DNA of 64,000 nucleotides, taken from an uncultured Clostridia bacterium (GTDB lineage: Bacteria; Bacillota; Clostridia; TANB77; CAG-508). The number at the start of each line of letters is the position of its first letter. The first letter of the stretch is position 1. The translations under genes were made by a program, and so were the position numbers. Of this stretch, positions 63,326 to 64,000 are shown in pieces. Where the stretch lies: NCBI GenBank assembly GCA_944393465.1, contig CALYAG010000003.1:40404-104403 (forward strand). The letters run 5' to 3'. Below the pieces are notes generated by a model. The model made no database searches, was not told the origin of the DNA, and was given only the letters and a program-made list of their open reading frames with translations.

Positions 63326-63859
63326 TTATTTCTTACCTGTTTTACCTTCCTTACGTCTAATATGTTCTTCAACATATTTGATACCTTTTCCTCTATAAAC
63401 TTCTGGTGGTCTCTTGCTTCTTACAACAGCAGCTGTTTGACCAACTAGTTCTTTGTCTACACCTCTAACAATTATAGAGTTTGCACTTGGTACATCAAAT
63501 GTAATTCCTTCTGGTGCTTCCATCTCTACTGGATGTGAGTAACCTAAATTCATTACTAATTTTGTTCCTTGTTTTTGTGCTCTGTAACCTACACCATTGA
63601 TTTCAAGTGCTCTTGTAAATTCTTTTGTTACACCTTCAATCATGTTGCTTATTAATGTTCTTGTTAGTCCGTGTAAGTTTCCATATTCTTCTGATGGAAT
63701 TTCTACTTTTACTTCTTTGTCTTCTACTTTTACAGTAACATTATGATTTAAGTATCTTTCTAATGTTCCTTTTGGTCCTTTTACAGAAATGTGACTTCCA
63801 TTAACTGTTACTTCAACACCATCAGGTATTGCTATAGGTTTCTTTCCTATTCTTGACAT
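63326..63859 (-). CDS. rplF: 50S ribosomal protein L6
   Basis: 177 aa. MSRIGKKPI.IP.GV.V conserved start and two alpha/beta repeats. Confidence 0.95.
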   Translation of the reverse strand: MSRIGKKPIAIPDGVEVTVNGSHISVKGPKGTLERYLNHNVTVKVEDKEVKVEIPSEEYGNLHGLTRTLISNMIEGVTKEFTRALEINGVGYRAQKQGTKLVMNLGYSHPVEMEAPEGITFDVPSANSIIVRGVDKELVGQTAAVVRSKRPPEVYRGKGIKYVEEHIRRKEGKTGKK

Positions 63860-63960
63860 TTGGATTCTCCTCCTTCTTTTAATTTTTATTTATGTTCCTT
63901 GATAAAATAATGTTTTCGACCCCATTATTTTATCCCACTTTCAATTTTAAGATTTATATA

Positions 63961-64000
63961 TTACCAAACATAAGCTAAAACTTCTCCACCTAAACCTTCT
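63961..64000 (-). CDS. rpsH: 30S ribosomal protein S8, C-terminal end (partial, continues beyond the window)
   Basis: The minus strand ends ...EGLGGEVLAYVW-stop, the invariant S8 C-terminus. The stop codon is at 63963-63961. Confidence 0.8.
   Translation of the reverse strand, partial: EGLGGEVLAYVW

Overview
This is an AT-rich (~28% GC) chromosomal segment from a Gram-positive endospore former, probably Clostridium-like. The spoIIP gene and a gerK-type germinant-receptor operon (gerKA, gerKB, gerKC) support that.

Gene content is mostly conserved housekeeping on the minus strand: tgt, queA and ileS (with an Ile T-box leader), pgi, rnr-secG, comFC-recD2, a membrane cyclophilin, disA-radA, a GH15 hydrolase, a beta-CASP MBL ribonuclease, ftsK, metG, tig-clpP-clpX, tsaD, an M50 protease, lysS, recN, and the 3' end of the ribosomal spc/alpha cluster (rpsH through rplQ, with secY, adk, map, infA, rpmJ and rpoA).

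Accessory or unusual content:
- A dispersed family of ~100-220 bp imperfect palindromic, MITE/REP-like elements (core TTTTCAGTTGGGGACGGTCCTAAATCGAAAA) present at 11 or more intergenic sites, including inside the ileS T-box leader and at the secY-adk junction of the ribosomal operon.
- Three short GC-rich (~40-45% GC) islands, each with a consensus sigma-A promoter and a strong intrinsic terminator. Two carry orphan small proteins (33293-33640 and 42222-42665). One (52540-52850, minus strand) looks like a structured ncRNA of unknown class.
- A lone KAP-family P-loop NTPase inserted between secG and comFC.
- A two-component system with a histidine phosphatase and an FtsX-type ABC exporter, with a candidate response-regulator box.
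- An Rpn-family PD-(D/E)XK nuclease, a truncated DedA, and a lysine-rich insertion in ribosomal protein L17.

No rRNA, tRNA, CRISPR array or integrase-bearing mobile element was seen.
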